Assembly (NCBI RefSeq): GCF_964204645.1
Contig: NC_134026.1
Location: 10,811,950-10,875,949, forward strand
Length of the DNA: 64,000 nt
DNA from: Tubulanus polymorphus
Lineage: Eukaryota > Animalia > Nemertea
Reading direction: 5' to 3'
This document shows, piece by piece, positions 26,377 to 38,642 of the stretch. Each line of letters opens with the position of its first letter. The first letter of the stretch is position 1. A program made the translations under genes and the position numbers. Below the pieces are notes generated by a model. That model worked only from the letters and a program-made list of their open reading frames with translations, was not told the origin of the DNA and ran no database searches.

Positions 26377-27623
26377 CAGATTGGTTTTATTCGGATTTTC
26401 ACTTATTTCGGACTAAAATTCCGGGAAGTTATTTCCATTCAAATGAGAGCACATAATTTGGATTTAATATAGGCCTAATTCGGACAAAATTTTCCAGTGC
26501 CAGGTGATCTGAATTAAGCAAGTTCTATAGTAAAATCTGTACTCCAAATCAAAATTGCATAAGTGTCGCATATGGTAACTAGCTTGAAAATAAGCTCATT
26601 TCTTTGTCACTGCAGTTGGCAGTGAATGGAAATGAATTTGGGTCAGCGGTGGCACAACGAACCCTGAACTGCGCATCGCGTTGGTAATTAAAAATGCTTA
26701 AACTCGAGAGAATATTTACTGACGTTTAGTTTTGATAATGGATTAAACATACACCATCTTGTAAATTTGGGAAAGTCCATATTAAGAATTTCATTTCTTG
26801 TTTTCCACTTTATCAGGTCAACTCATGATATCCTGAAAATCTAATGGTTTTCATTTCTTCATATCCTCTTTGGTTTACCATTGTGAGTGCATGCATTTTG
26901 TCTCCTAATATACTGTTAATCAAGGCTAATGATTTATTGGGGTGATTGAAATCCTTTGCTGTCAAAATGGTAGGATATTGGACCACTTCCATGCATGCAA
27001 ATGTGGGATAACTAGATTGCTTTCTTTTACATGTATGTAATTAATTGTTCAGCTTCCAAGTGGACACACTGTACAGTATATAAATCATATTGATTTTTTC
27101 AATCCTGGTAGCCCTATGTTGTAAGGAAGGTATGTTCATGATGAATCATCATGCAGTTGTGTGTGGATACTACGTGTATATACATGTGTACAGTGCTTCA
27201 CGGAGATTGTGTCAATTGACAGATTTTCATAAGAATTTCTTGGTTCAAGGGGACACATGTTTGGTATTTTTCATGTGAACCCAACTGGCTGTGTAAGCAC
27301 GGTATTTTGGTGAATTTGGCACCAGCGAAGTGCGGTACTTTATAAGCACAGAATCTTGTGTGAACGCCGCTTATGATTTCAATCCATTCTTTACCAATGC
27401 TACACACATGATGTGCATTTTCACATGCAGCGAAAGGGTAAAACCATTGCTTGGCTTGAATGTGATTAGTCCCTTCTTATGCCCTTATGATAACTGCCCA
27501 GGTCTGTTATTTAAATTCACTCATTCCTGGCTGATAGCTTCCATATTCTTAGCATCACTCTAGTTCTTTTTTATCAGGGTTTATCTAGATATTTCATGTA
27601 CACAAGCATCATATTAATTTCAG

Positions 27624-27839
27624 GTAATAAACGTACGAAGCATCTTAATCGGTGTAATGCAAAATCCGAGATATGGGCGGATGTCATAAAATCTCTCGTT
27701 GTAAATCATGAGTGGTATGCAGTACACATGTTATTTCTTGGTGGTGGGCATGGCTATCACAAAGGACAAGGTGGTGCAGCTTCGTGTTGTGACTTAAATA
27801 ATCTGAGCCTGTTTGATTTGACGCATGCTCTTTTGGCAG
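27624..27839 (+). CDS. TRANK1: Exon 8 (GNKRTK...WADVIKSLVVNHEW...GQGGAASCCD...ALLA)
   Basis: tttcag| acceptor, G|gtacgt donor; phase 1-1. Confidence 0.8.
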
Positions 27840-27926
27840 GTACGTGTAAGAATTGAATACAGAGAAATTAAGAATGAAATTGATAACTGCACAACTTATT
27901 CATGGTGGGTTTACTTTTGTCTTAAG

Positions 27927-28079
27927 ATGGACAACAGAAATCAGAAATGAAGCATTTACTGAATGAAGTACTTGCCAAATTGATTGAGCATCATGCGGAC
28001 ATTGGTACTATGAAACTGGATGATTCTGCCCCGTTTCGTTCTCCAATAAATTCTGCCATACTATTGGGAGTTAATGTTG
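27927..28079 (+). CDS. TRANK1: Exon 9 (DGQQKSEMKHLL...AILLGVNV)
   Basis: cttaag| acceptor, G|gtaagt donor; ankyrin-like LIEHHAD; phase 1-1. Confidence 0.78.
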
Positions 28080-28404
28080 GTAAGTTTTTGATCTCCTTGA
28101 CAGTCAAGTCAGAGCTCCACTGCCATATAGTCTCGTACAAATACACATGATGTTATACAGAATTGTGTACTTTGAAATAAAGATTATATATATGTTGTTC
28201 TGTATGTGATGGTAGGACAGATTTAAACATAAAAAGTACAGCGAGTTTCTGTAGAAGATAAACTTGATCAACGTAAATGAATTATGTGCCGCAATTGCCA
28301 CCATAAACATTATTCATTTGTTAAGCTATTTTTGTATCATCCTGTCTTTCATATTGATTACATTGAATAATCTTGTTTATTGGTTAACTATATTTTATTT
28401 ACAG

Positions 28405-28671
28405 GAAATTTCCAAGTACTCAAGGTTGTTGTACACATGTATCCAAACTTAACACGCTTTTGGCAACGAGGAATTCGAGGCCCCCTTCACTTCATTGCTG
28501 GATTGCATGTGGGAATGGGTTTCAATATTCCGGAACTAAACTGGTTGATTCAGTTCCTCATTGATAAAGGCATTGATCCGCTGTATCGAGATGACGATGG
28601 ATCCTTGGCAATCGATCTCTTCATTCCGTTCAGTTCAGCTTCTCGGCTGCTTAAACAGAAAATGGAATCCG
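28405..28671 (+). CDS. TRANK1: Exon 10, ankyrin repeats (GNFQVL...GPLHFIA...LIDKGIDPLYRDDDGSLAIDL)
   Basis: tttacag| acceptor, G|gtaaat donor; ankyrin motifs; phase 1-1. Confidence 0.87.
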
Positions 28672-28989
28672 GTAAATAAAATTAGTAGTAGTGAGTAGTG
28701 AGAGACAGTAGTGTAGGTTATTGACATGAATACAGTAGTAAACTACTATTTTTCATAATCTTCGAAAAAACTTCTATTTTAAGAGAAAGACTACTCTTAA
28801 AACTACTCCCAATTTGTTTTTGATGTTGGCAGTTCTTATGCTATAATGAATTTGATATGATATTCTTGATCTGGCACATTTCCTATCTACCACCATTGAA
28901 CAAATTCTAGATAAATGATTGTTAGACAAGTGAATTATGACTTGTTGATACTTAACGTGTCCGTTGAAACCATTTGCGTTATTCTTTAG

Positions 28990-29286
28990 TATTTACAAAC
29001 GGTAACCAGAAATATCCCATGAAGTCCAGAGCAACCAGAACAAGTTTCGATGAAGATATACCATCAAAGATCAAAACAACGAAGCCAGAACAACCACAAG
29101 TCAAAGTGTCAAATGGTGACTCAGCAAGTCAAGAGAGATCTGATCAGTCACAGCCTCTGAAGGAAAATTCAACCAGGAAACCTAAAAATAGACAGCTTCA
29201 GCAAGAGAAAACCCAACAGCCATGGAAAGCAACACTTACTAACCTGCTGTCTAATAGTGCAGCAAAGATTGTCAGTATTCTCAGAG
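28990..29286 (+). CDS. TRANK1: Exon 11, low-complexity linker (VFTNGNQKYP...VSILR)
   Basis: ctttag| acceptor, G|gtaagg donor; phase 1-1. Confidence 0.72.
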
Positions 29287-29699
29287 GTAAGGCATATTCA
29301 ATTCTTCAAATACTTAATAATCCAGTACTGAAATCAACATGCAGGAATACTGATAACTACGCCATGTAACCATTCAGATATTTCAAGATAGCTTTAGATA
29401 AACCAGGTGGTGTCCGTGATAAATAAAAGATATGCATTTTTTCGTGGGTAATCAAGTCAAATCAAGTATCAAATGAAAGTTTGTATGTTGTGTGTTAAGT
29501 AATTTTGACTTGCCACACAAAATGTTGAAAAATACAGTAGAAACCACTAATTGTTGATCATTTAGGGACCGATTAAATTCATCGTCTTTGTGAGAATCTT
29601 GATTGGCAATCAGCAATTTGGTTTATGTTTGCAACCAGAAAAAATTGCCCTGCACTGGAATTAAGTTAGCCGACTGGCAGCCAGTGTTTACCTTGCCCG

Positions 29700-29885
29700 G
29701 ATACTTTAGGATCTTTAACATATCAAACAGGTCTTGCCCGAATCTACTCGCGAAAACCGCATAACTAACCCTATGGATGATCTGAACAACCTGAAATCCA
29801 TCATTGTGAAGTATCTGAGCATACCTATACCCGAAGGATCTATCAAGGATACTTTTAGGCTTGGCAAGAAACTGGCAGGCATCAC
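29700..29885 (+). mobile_element. LINE ORF1-like fragment (CR1/L2/L1-type)
   Basis: LPES...DDLNNLKSIIVKYLSI...IKDTFRLGKK resembles the ORF1 RRM region. Confidence 0.5.
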
Positions 29886-30773
29886 GCTGGAAAAACTTTT
29901 TTATGCCCGTTATTAACGTAATTGGGAAAAAAAATTGCTGATTCAAGGTCGTTTACGCAAAGGCAAAGCTCGGCCGTGAGTGGGGGGAGCTCCAGGGGAT
30001 ATCCCTCTCTTAAATTCTTAATTACCTGTCCCAAAATGGTGTGATTTCAGTGAAGAGCACAGTAATTTAGGCTACTTACAATCTCCTTACTTACGACGCC
30101 AGTGATGTAGTTTAATGTTAATCATATCACGCCGTGTTTGCCGTAATCCGACCGACCCGACTTCAAACGTACCGAGTGTAAACTTTTTCCTGGGATTCAT
30201 TGAAATAAATCTTATATGATAAAAACAGCCGGCTGGCTGACCGACCGACCAACCGACCCACTACTATGATGAGCTACATATAATATTCTCACTCCCTGTT
30301 GTGCGGACATACTGCAGAAATATATAGCTATGGCAAAAACCGGGACCGCAGCATGCTCGCACAAAGGCGAGAACCTACAATGACTTTCCCTTCTTTTTTT
30401 TTTTTTCAACAGACTTCCCTGGACTAATAAACAACCCCACTCAACAGTACAGCTGGCCCAACCAACTCTACCATAGCCAAACTGATTCCTTCCATCTGTC
30501 CGCAGCGCCACGTAGTGAGAATAGTATAATATTCTCACTCCCTGTTGTGCGGACATACTGCAGAAATATATAGATATGGGAAAAACCGGGGCCGCCCAAG
30601 CGATGGCACAGAAACACTCCGAAAAGGCATTACAAAAAACCCCAAAACAAACATCCCAAAACCCATACCCAAACCTAAAATGATGTGGACTCAAGGCGGT
30701 TTTCCTCAAAGTAGTTTATTAAGGCTTATTAACGCGACCACATACATTTCCTTCTTATGAATACAATACGGAT

Positions 30774-31956
30774 TTACTTGAATAAGGGTTTGAAGCCCAC
30801 AGCATTATTAGCACTACCATAATCATGAAACCTTGCCGAATCTTCACCTGATAAAGCTGATTTTAAGATCCCCGCAGAAGAGGAGACGGACAAAACTTTA
30901 TCGACCGCCGAGTAGTACCTTGCCATTGACGGGCTCTTCCAAACCAATGTTCGGAGACACCCGCTGGAGAACACCCAGAAATAGCAAGGATGACAGATGT
31001 TCCCGCTCGAAAACTGTGAACGGTTTCACCCTCATCGATATTCAAATTGGATAGGTAATATTTTAATCTGCCTTTAATGCTAGAATCTACAAATGGCTTG
31101 TTTATAATTTGGTTTCTAGAGTTTGAGACCCGAAACAAATATCCCGAGGACAAGTCTACACTCAAACTGTTGCATGTATCAAAGTAAGCTTCTAAACCCT
31201 GAACTGGACAGAGAACCTCATCCTCTAATTTCATCAAAACTACAGTTCTTCTGGCGCCTCTAAGTGTTTTACCAAAGGATAAGTATCTTATCAGCCTGCC
31301 CCTTGATTAGGATTTCATTGGACTGCATAATCCCCAGATCGGAACCCCTATCACCCGAACAGAAAAGGCACTTAAAAAAGGCGCTGTCCCTGGCAAAAAT
31401 GTACTTCCTCAGGGGATTGACCGGCCCCTGCCGCATCCTGTCAATGCCATAAATCAAAGCAGTAAATTTCGAAGGCAAGATAGGGGTAGCTTGATTTGGA
31501 ACCAGCCCTGCCAGGGACTGCTCCCTTTTGATCGCCCTAAGAAAATTTGACACATACAAGGAAGCGGACGGATTCCCCAAACCAGTGAAAGGCTGCCAAC
31601 TACCAACCCTACCCATCTCCTTGAAAAAGGCTCTAAGCTGGCCTATATAAGAATCGACCGTAGCCGCTGCGAGGCGTCGGGGACACAAACAACCATCACC
31701 GCTCCTCACTGAGCGGAATGAACATCCCCGGGAGTGCACCACAGTTCTACCCGCCTTATCCCGACTTACAAGAAAAGCGCAAATATCCCGCGGTGATGCA
31801 TCGAATATGGATCTTCCAACCCTAAACGAAGCCAGAAAATCAGAAAAACCCCTGCACGAGACTAGACTTTTGCTTCCCATACTTCGTGGATACCACAGCA
31901 TGCTCAACCTGTTCTAGACGATCCTCTATTTCCTTAGAAAAAATTCCACTGCCGCT
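30774..31956 (-). pseudogene. Tyrosine recombinase of the split-direct-repeat element, frameshifted
   Basis: ARDSAFFKCLFCSGDRGSDLG (catalytic R), LCPV, TVHSFRAG (HxxR) and WKSPSMARYY (catalytic Y). Confidence 0.88.
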
Positions 31957-32086
31957 CTGTAAAAAAGGAAAATAACATCCTCAAATAACTGAAAGACTGA
32001 CGAAAATAAAGAAAACGGATGAATCATCACAGAGAAAATTATATTTGTCTTCAAAAATTTAAACATTGTTCGAAAATTAACATTCT

Positions 32087-32960
32087 TTACGGCTCAAAAC
32101 GAGCAACGTATAGCTCAAAGGGCAAACCACTTTCATCCAAACAGAAACTGCGCCTAGACGGAAACAACAGAACACCTTTCTCACCCACAACAGAGAGACG
32201 CTTAAACGATTTAGCGCGCTTACAAACGAGGGACCACCAAAATGACCTCGGATCGAAACCAGGTAGAACTAACGTAATCGGGACTGCAAACTGACGAATG
32301 AACCTCAAAACAGCCCCAACCAGGTGAAAAGGGGGAAAAACATAGCAATTCCGCTCGGATGAAATATCTTGGGAAAATCAACCCCGGACGAATCAGGGGT
32401 TTCCCACGGCGAATCAGGGGTTTCCCACGGCGTGAAATGATGAAGACTGTTACCATCCACATCACTCATTACATTGGAGTCGAGCGCCATAAGGTCCACA
32501 GAATGACCCAAATCGGCCTCATTATCTAAAGACGGGACGTAAAACAGCTTAAGGGAAACATTCAAATCCACAGTGTGGAACAAAACCTTTACCGCCTCGT
32601 TCAATTCTCTAGATCGTGAGCCTTCATTCTCCCAGACAGATATCAGAGTTACTATCTACCTTCGCATCCACCCTAAAGTGTGCGAGGTGCCCCCGAAACG
32701 ACTGTAAGACTTTGGCCAACGCCAAAGTCTCTTTCACTGATATATGGGCTCCGAGGACCTTTTCCTCCCAGTAGTCACCAACGATGATTTTCCTACCCTC
32801 CAACATTAAACAACCTCCCCAACGAAAACCTGATGCATCCGACTGAAGAGAGATAACGCGATGATTTTCTAAGCGCCAGGGCATAAACTTATCCCAACTA
32901 TCCAAAAACTCCCAATGCAAAATTTCGTCCCTAAGGTCGCCAGCGATCGGAACAAGACCC
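32087..32960 (-). pseudogene. RNase H plus DIRS/PAT-type methyltransferase-like domain, fragmented
   Basis: LQSDASGFRWGG, HISVKETLAL, KVDS and NEAD (RNase H); HSVDLMALDSN, GVDF and VLP..FWW (MT-like); spread over several frames. Confidence 0.78.
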
Positions 32961-33105
32961 GAATTATGATATGCCTTAGAGATAGCTCTTCGCCTCCCGG
33001 GTAAACAAACGCGTTGCTGGAACGGCCATCGAAAAAGAAATTAACTTCCCCACAAAACGCTGAATCATCTTTAAACTGACCCTGTTTTTTGACAGAATTT
33101 CAACC

Positions 33106-34172
33106 CTAAATTTCTCTCTTATGATCAGGAAGCTTGAAGCATTGCTGAATAGTGTCAATACGCATTCCGAGCCAGACCTTCGAAGTCGAAGGGTGAAGGT
33201 CAGACTTAATGATGCCCAAAAAATAACTAAGTCTAATCAGAACCTGGCACAGCATATATGCCGCCAAAGATGAACGCTGAAAATTGTTTAATAGCAACGA
33301 CTGTTGGAGGCAAAGCTCGCCGGAGATCCTGTCATCGATGTATTGCAAGACAGGAACACCCAACGAGCGCAAGTAGTTCGTAGCAACCAAACCGACTGTA
33401 TGATAGATAAAAGCCGAAGCCTTAAAACCAAAAGGAATGACCCTATAAACGTAGAAACTGCCTTGCCATTCCAAACCTAAGTACCTCTCGCTATCCTCCG
33501 TTACCCTTACATGGTCATAACCACTTTTATCATCAACCGTGGTAAAATGAACGCCCTCACTAAACAAGCATGGGATAAAGGCGAGAGTATCAAGTTGGAA
33601 TGGATTATCCCGAATCCATAAATTCAAAAACCTTTCGTCATGGCATAACCTTGGTTTACTAGGTTCAACAGTCAAAGGCATCACAAGGTGAGGAGGAATA
33701 CAGGACCCAACTTTTCCCCAGAAACGTAAAGAGCCATTCTTTAACCTCTGATCAATAGTACGAGATATGAAATCTGAAAACTGCTCGCAATTTCTGGCGT
33801 TAGCGAAATACCTCGACGGAGGAGCATCGTCATCAAACTTCTCCCCTTTAAACTGGCCACTAAAAGGTTTGAAAAACCCAGGAATATGAACGCCCTGCGA
33901 AATCCATTCTCTAACGACGCTGTTTTCTCCAAGGATCTTATCCCATTCACCCAAATAGTTCGAAAGATTTCCAGCGACAAAGTCATCAGGGTTTCGAAAT
34001 AGATCGGCCGGGATGACATCCTGAAACGCCAGAGGGTCCGCAGCGACTTCTTCAGCAGAAACGACTTGGCTAGGGGGTTGGGAAAGTAACCCTTCGATAG
34101 TTACCCATCCGCACTCAAGACTAATGCCAAAAATATCCGCATTCTGCAAAAAATTAAAGCATCTCCAGGTAA
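33106..34172 (-). pseudogene. Reverse transcriptase of the split-direct-repeat YR element
   Basis: Motifs KPRLCHDERFLN, TTVDDKSGYDHV, IPFGFKAS and LQYIDD; frameshifts downstream. Confidence 0.9.
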
Positions 34173-36247
34173 CTGAAAACGAGGAAACAAAACCAACCCC
34201 TAAACCAACATGACCGAAGCCATGACAACGGACACTAAGAGGCCCGCGGCAAGAGAGTCCGAAAACTGAAAAACAACCTCATGAAAAGGAAAAATTCGTT
34301 CCAATTAAATTAGATTTATTAGCAAGGAAACAAGCCATCTAATCAAAATACAACAAATTAATTAACAGGAGCCAAAAATGCACCCATGTCGACCCAGAGA
34401 TCTCCAGCTGAATCTAAGAAGAATTGTCTATTCTAAAAATAAACACGTGACACCCAAATTAGCAAAAAAAAAGGACGCAAAATTAAACGTCACTCATCTC
34501 TTTCTTAGGATTAGAGCAAAACCTGGCTAAATGCCCCTTCTCCCTACAGTTAAAACAAACCATCTCCCGTAATGGAACACGCGGATTTACGTTTTAAAGA
34601 TGGCGTCTGCGGGAGATCCGAAAACACCCGGTTCGCGTGAACTATGAGATGATGGATGAAGACATGACACTTATCCTCGGGCCATCCCGCAACCTCTAAC
34701 AAATCCTCTAACTTCTTTCCTAAAATAAAACAAATCAAGAAAATAGCACGGGCGCAAAAAGAAATACAAGATGTACAAAAATGTCCCACCACAATACGTA
34801 CCGGTAAGAATATAAACTGCATCCTTTAGATACTTCAACGGCGCCGAGTCAATAGGCTTAAGGCGCTCGAACCGAGCCAAGTCTTTTGGCTTTTCGCCCC
34901 GAAAAGAGCTGCACAGCCGAAAAAAGTCAAACAGGTCCACACCAACCAGCACATCAGACTTACGAAGCACGATAGTCAAAGGCATCACAAGGTGAGGAGG
35001 AATACAGGACCCAACTTTTCCCCAGAAACGTAAAGAGCCATTCTTTAACCTCTGATCAATAGTACGAGATATGAAATCTGAAAACTGCTCGCAATTTCTG
35101 GCGTTAGCGAAATACCTCGACGGAGGAGCATCGTCATCAAACTTCTCCCCTTTAAACTGGCCACTAAAAGGTTTGAAAAACCCAGGAATATGAACGCCCT
35201 GCGAAATCCATTCTCTAACGACGCTGTTTTCTCCAAGGATCTTATCCCATTCACCCAAATTGTTCGAAAGATTTCCAGCGACAAAATCATCAGGGTTTCG
35301 AAATAGATCGGCCGGGATGACATCCTGAAACGCCAGAGGGTCCGCAGCGACTTCTTCAGCAGAAACGACTTGGCTAGAGGGTTGGGAAAGTAACCCTTCG
35401 ATAGTTACCCATCCGCACTCAAGACTTTAGCCAAAAATATCCGCATTCTGCAAAAAATTAAAGCATCTCCAGGTAACTGAAAACGAGGAAACAAAACCAA
35501 CCCCCAAGCCAACATGACCGAAGCCATGACAACGGACACTAAGAGGCCCGCGGCAAGAGAGTCCGAAAACTGAAAAACAACCTCATGAAAAGGAAAAATT
35601 CGTTCCAATTAAATTAGATTTATTAGCGAGGAAACAAGCCATCTAATCAAAATACAACAAATTAATTAACAGGAGCCAAAAATGCACCCATGTCGACCCA
35701 GAGATCTCTAGCTGTTTCTAAGAAGAATTGTCTATTCTAAAAATAAACACATGACACCCTAATTAGCAAAAAAAAGGACGCAAAATTAAACGTCACTCAT
35801 CTCTTTCTTAGGATTAGAGCAAAACCTGGCTAAATGCCCCTTCTCCCTACAGTTAAAACAGACCATCTCCCGTAATGGAACACGCGGATTTACGTTTTAA
35901 AGATGGCGTCTGCGGGAGATCCGAAAACACCCGGTTCGCGTGAACTATGAGATAATGGATGAAGACATGACACTCATCCTCGGGCCATCCCGCAACCTCT
36001 AACAAATCCTCTAACAAATCCTCTAACTTCTTTCCTAAAATAAAACAAATCAAGAAAATAGCACGGGCGCAAAAAGAAATACAAGATGTACAAAAATGTC
36101 CCACCACAATACGTACCGGTAAGAATATAAACGGCATCCTTTAGATACTTAGACGGCGCCGAGTCAATAGGCTTAAGGCGCTCGAACCGAGCCAAGTCTT
36201 TTGGCTTTTCGCCCCGAAAAGAGCTGCACAGCCGAAAAAAGTCAAAC
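33670..36247. repeat. ~1.27-kb tandem duplication inside the YR element (33670-34932 and 34974-36247)
   Basis: Near-identical sequence at offset ~1304, with scattered substitutions and a 12-bp indel (ctaacaaatcct). Confidence 0.95.
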
Positions 36248-36262
36248 CAGCACTTCGTTTTT

Positions 36263-37518
36263 TAGCCCACTTAGGACTTTAGTCCCAGCGGGCTATTGCG
36301 TTCACTTTTCGTCCGTTCGTCCGTCCGTAGACGGAATCCAGTTATTTTGGGAAGTTTTGAAGACGCTTCAAGGTAACGTCTTGATATTTGGGTTACACAT
36401 GTATCTACCCTAGACACATCTTCAGCCCAAAAACTGGCCCTGTCAGAATCAAGATGGCTGACTGGCAGCCATTGTTGTTAGCCAAAATCAGCACTTTTTA
36501 CACATTTTTTGAACTTTTTGAGGGAAATTTTGAAGACGCTTCGATCAATTACCTTGATCTTTCGGATATATGTGATTCCCCCAGGGCCCATCAACATAAC
36601 AAAAATTGGGTCGGTCGGACTCAAGATGGCCGTCCTATGACCTTTTTAGTGCCCAAAAATGTTAATTTTTGCCCGAATTCTGAGTCCTGTAGCTTCCTAC
36701 TGGTTTGCCATTTCTCATTGCAATTTGTGATGGGTTTTCTTTGGAAGGGATGTTTTATACCTGAGACAGGTATTTTTCATCAGCCAATTACTACGCAATT
36801 GGAGGCCATCTTGGTGTCACCAGTACTCATTCGTAAATGGGAAAAAGTTTTTCCACATTATATTGATACCTAAGCGTATTTTGCTACCACAATCAATTAG
36901 AAAGTTGTAGCTCATAACATGTTCTATGATTGTGGTGTGTTTCAAGGTAATTAGATTTCGTATATGGCCACCAGGGGGCGTTGAATAATACAAAATCTTA
37001 GCATTTCTTTATTATATTCGTACCTATGCATATTTTGTAACCACAATCAATTGGAAAGTTGTAGCTCATGACATCATCTATGATTGTTGTGAGTTTTAAG
37101 GACATTAGTTTTTCTATATGGTCACCAGGGGGCGTTGAATAGTAGAATAACTTAGTATTTCCTTATTATATTGGTACCTAGGCATATTTAGTTACCATGA
37201 TCAATTGCAAAGTTGTAGTTCATGACATGTTCTATGATTGTGGTAAGTTTTGAGGTCATTGGGTTTTGAATATGGTCTCCAGGGGGCGTTGAATAGTAGA
37301 ATAACTTAGTATTTCCATATCAAATTGGAAAACGAGGCATATTTTGTTATCACAATCAATTACAAAATCGTAGCTGCTGACATGTTCTATGATTGTGGTG
37401 AGTTTCAAGGTCATTGGTTTTTGTATATGGTTGCCAGGGGGCGTTGAATATTGAAATTGTTAGATTGTTGAGCATTTGGAACCACTTCCCAAGTGGGCAT
37501 GGTGTCCCTGGACCCCTA
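36263..37518 (+). mobile_element. Full-length HINE of the same family (~4 array units), inserted in the YR retrotransposon
   Basis: Near-identical to 13913-15325; array markers at 36973, 37127, 37281 and 37436. Confidence 0.85.
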
Positions 37519-37848
37519 TTTTTTTTTATTATTCTGTTCCTATATTCTCTCTTATTTCTAAACTTCTAAATAAACAACGACCGATGCGGAATAGGGCCAC
37601 ATTCATCAACTCCGAGGCTTGCGGTTCAAAAGCTCAAACACAATCGTCTGCAGTGGACGACGGGGGAAACAGCCCTACAGCCTGCACACAGCAGGCAACA
37701 GGACACACAGTCCTGCGAGGCGCACAGCATCCGGTCCATGCGCAACGGACTCCGGGGCACACAACCCACCGGCCCGCACACAGCAGGCAACAGGACACAC
37801 AGTCCTGAGAGGCACACAGCCTCTTGTCCACACACGGTGGACAGCCAC

Positions 37849-38085
37849 AAAATTTTGTCCAAACACATTGGATCCGACCACCGAAGTGGGCACACAAAAT
37901 ATACGTATCTATAGAATTTGTCCAAACACATTGGATCCGACCACCGAAGTGGGCAATCAAAATATACGTATCTATAAAATTTGTCCAAACACATTGGATC
38001 CGACCACCGAAGTGGGCAATTAAAATATACGTATCTAAAAATTTGTCCAAACACATTGGATCCGACCACCGAAGTGGGCAATCAA
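37849..38085. repeat. 62-63-bp minisatellite (~4 copies) in the 5' region of the YR element
   Basis: gtccaaacacattggatccgaccaccgaagtgggca recurs at 37857, 37920, 37983 and 38045. Confidence 0.95.
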
Positions 38086-38642
38086 AAATTCTCAAAGTCC
38101 AAGCACATTGGCCATCCACACACAGGGGACTATCCCCTATTCCACACACAGTGGAATACCCGGACAACAGACTCCGAACTGCAAAAAGGAAGCCACACAG
38201 TTCAACATAAGTACACACGGTCACAGAACAATGCCAAACTGTGAACCACCACAACAGTAAAAGCACATCCAAAAGCGAGGAAAAACCAAAGCCAAACTGA
38301 TTCCTTCCGTCTGTCCGCAGCTCCACGTAGTGAGAATAGTATGTTTGAAGTCAAGTGTGCATCATGTGAAAACATGCCTTGACGTGTGGCCTAGTTTAAG
38401 TTTTCCGGGAAACTGGCAGTGTTCCAATAAGCTGCCAATCATTCTTAATGACTATATTAAAGCTGGTAATGTAAAAGCGCGCATATATACAATGTACTGT
38501 TTCATTTTGCACCGAGATGACGCTCTAGCGGCAGTCCAGGCACACAGTAGAACTATAGTAAACTTCATTTACGTTATTGTAGAGAACATGTTTGCATTTT
38601 AACGATGCTTACAACATCATAACAAATAGAAATAATTTTTTA

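Larger units (their letters stand above)
30279..38342 (-). mobile_element. Tyrosine-recombinase retrotransposon with split direct repeats (PAT-like/Ngaro structural class): gag(CCHC)-RT-RNaseH-MT-YR; frameshifted, with an internal duplication and a HINE insertion
   Basis: On the minus strand the repeats run A1 (38290-38342), B1 (30525-30596), A2 (30475-30527), B2 (30279-30350). RT has YIDD, RNase H has QSDAS, and YR has R, HSFR and YY. TAT is shared at both junctions. Confidence 0.88.

Noticed and set aside
36201-36873. Recurrent ORFs such as MGYTCIYPRHIFSPKTGP... (similar at 14206, 38777, 40409)
   Set aside because: They are translations of the non-coding HINE consensus, with inconsistent frames between copies.
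37849-38085. CRISPR-like periodic repeat
   Set aside because: The intervening segments are near-identical, there are no cas genes and the context is eukaryotic; it is a minisatellite inside a retrotransposon.
37476-38326. Overlapping ORFs of 70-230 aa on both strands
   Set aside because: They arise from stop-poor tandem repeats and have no domain signature.
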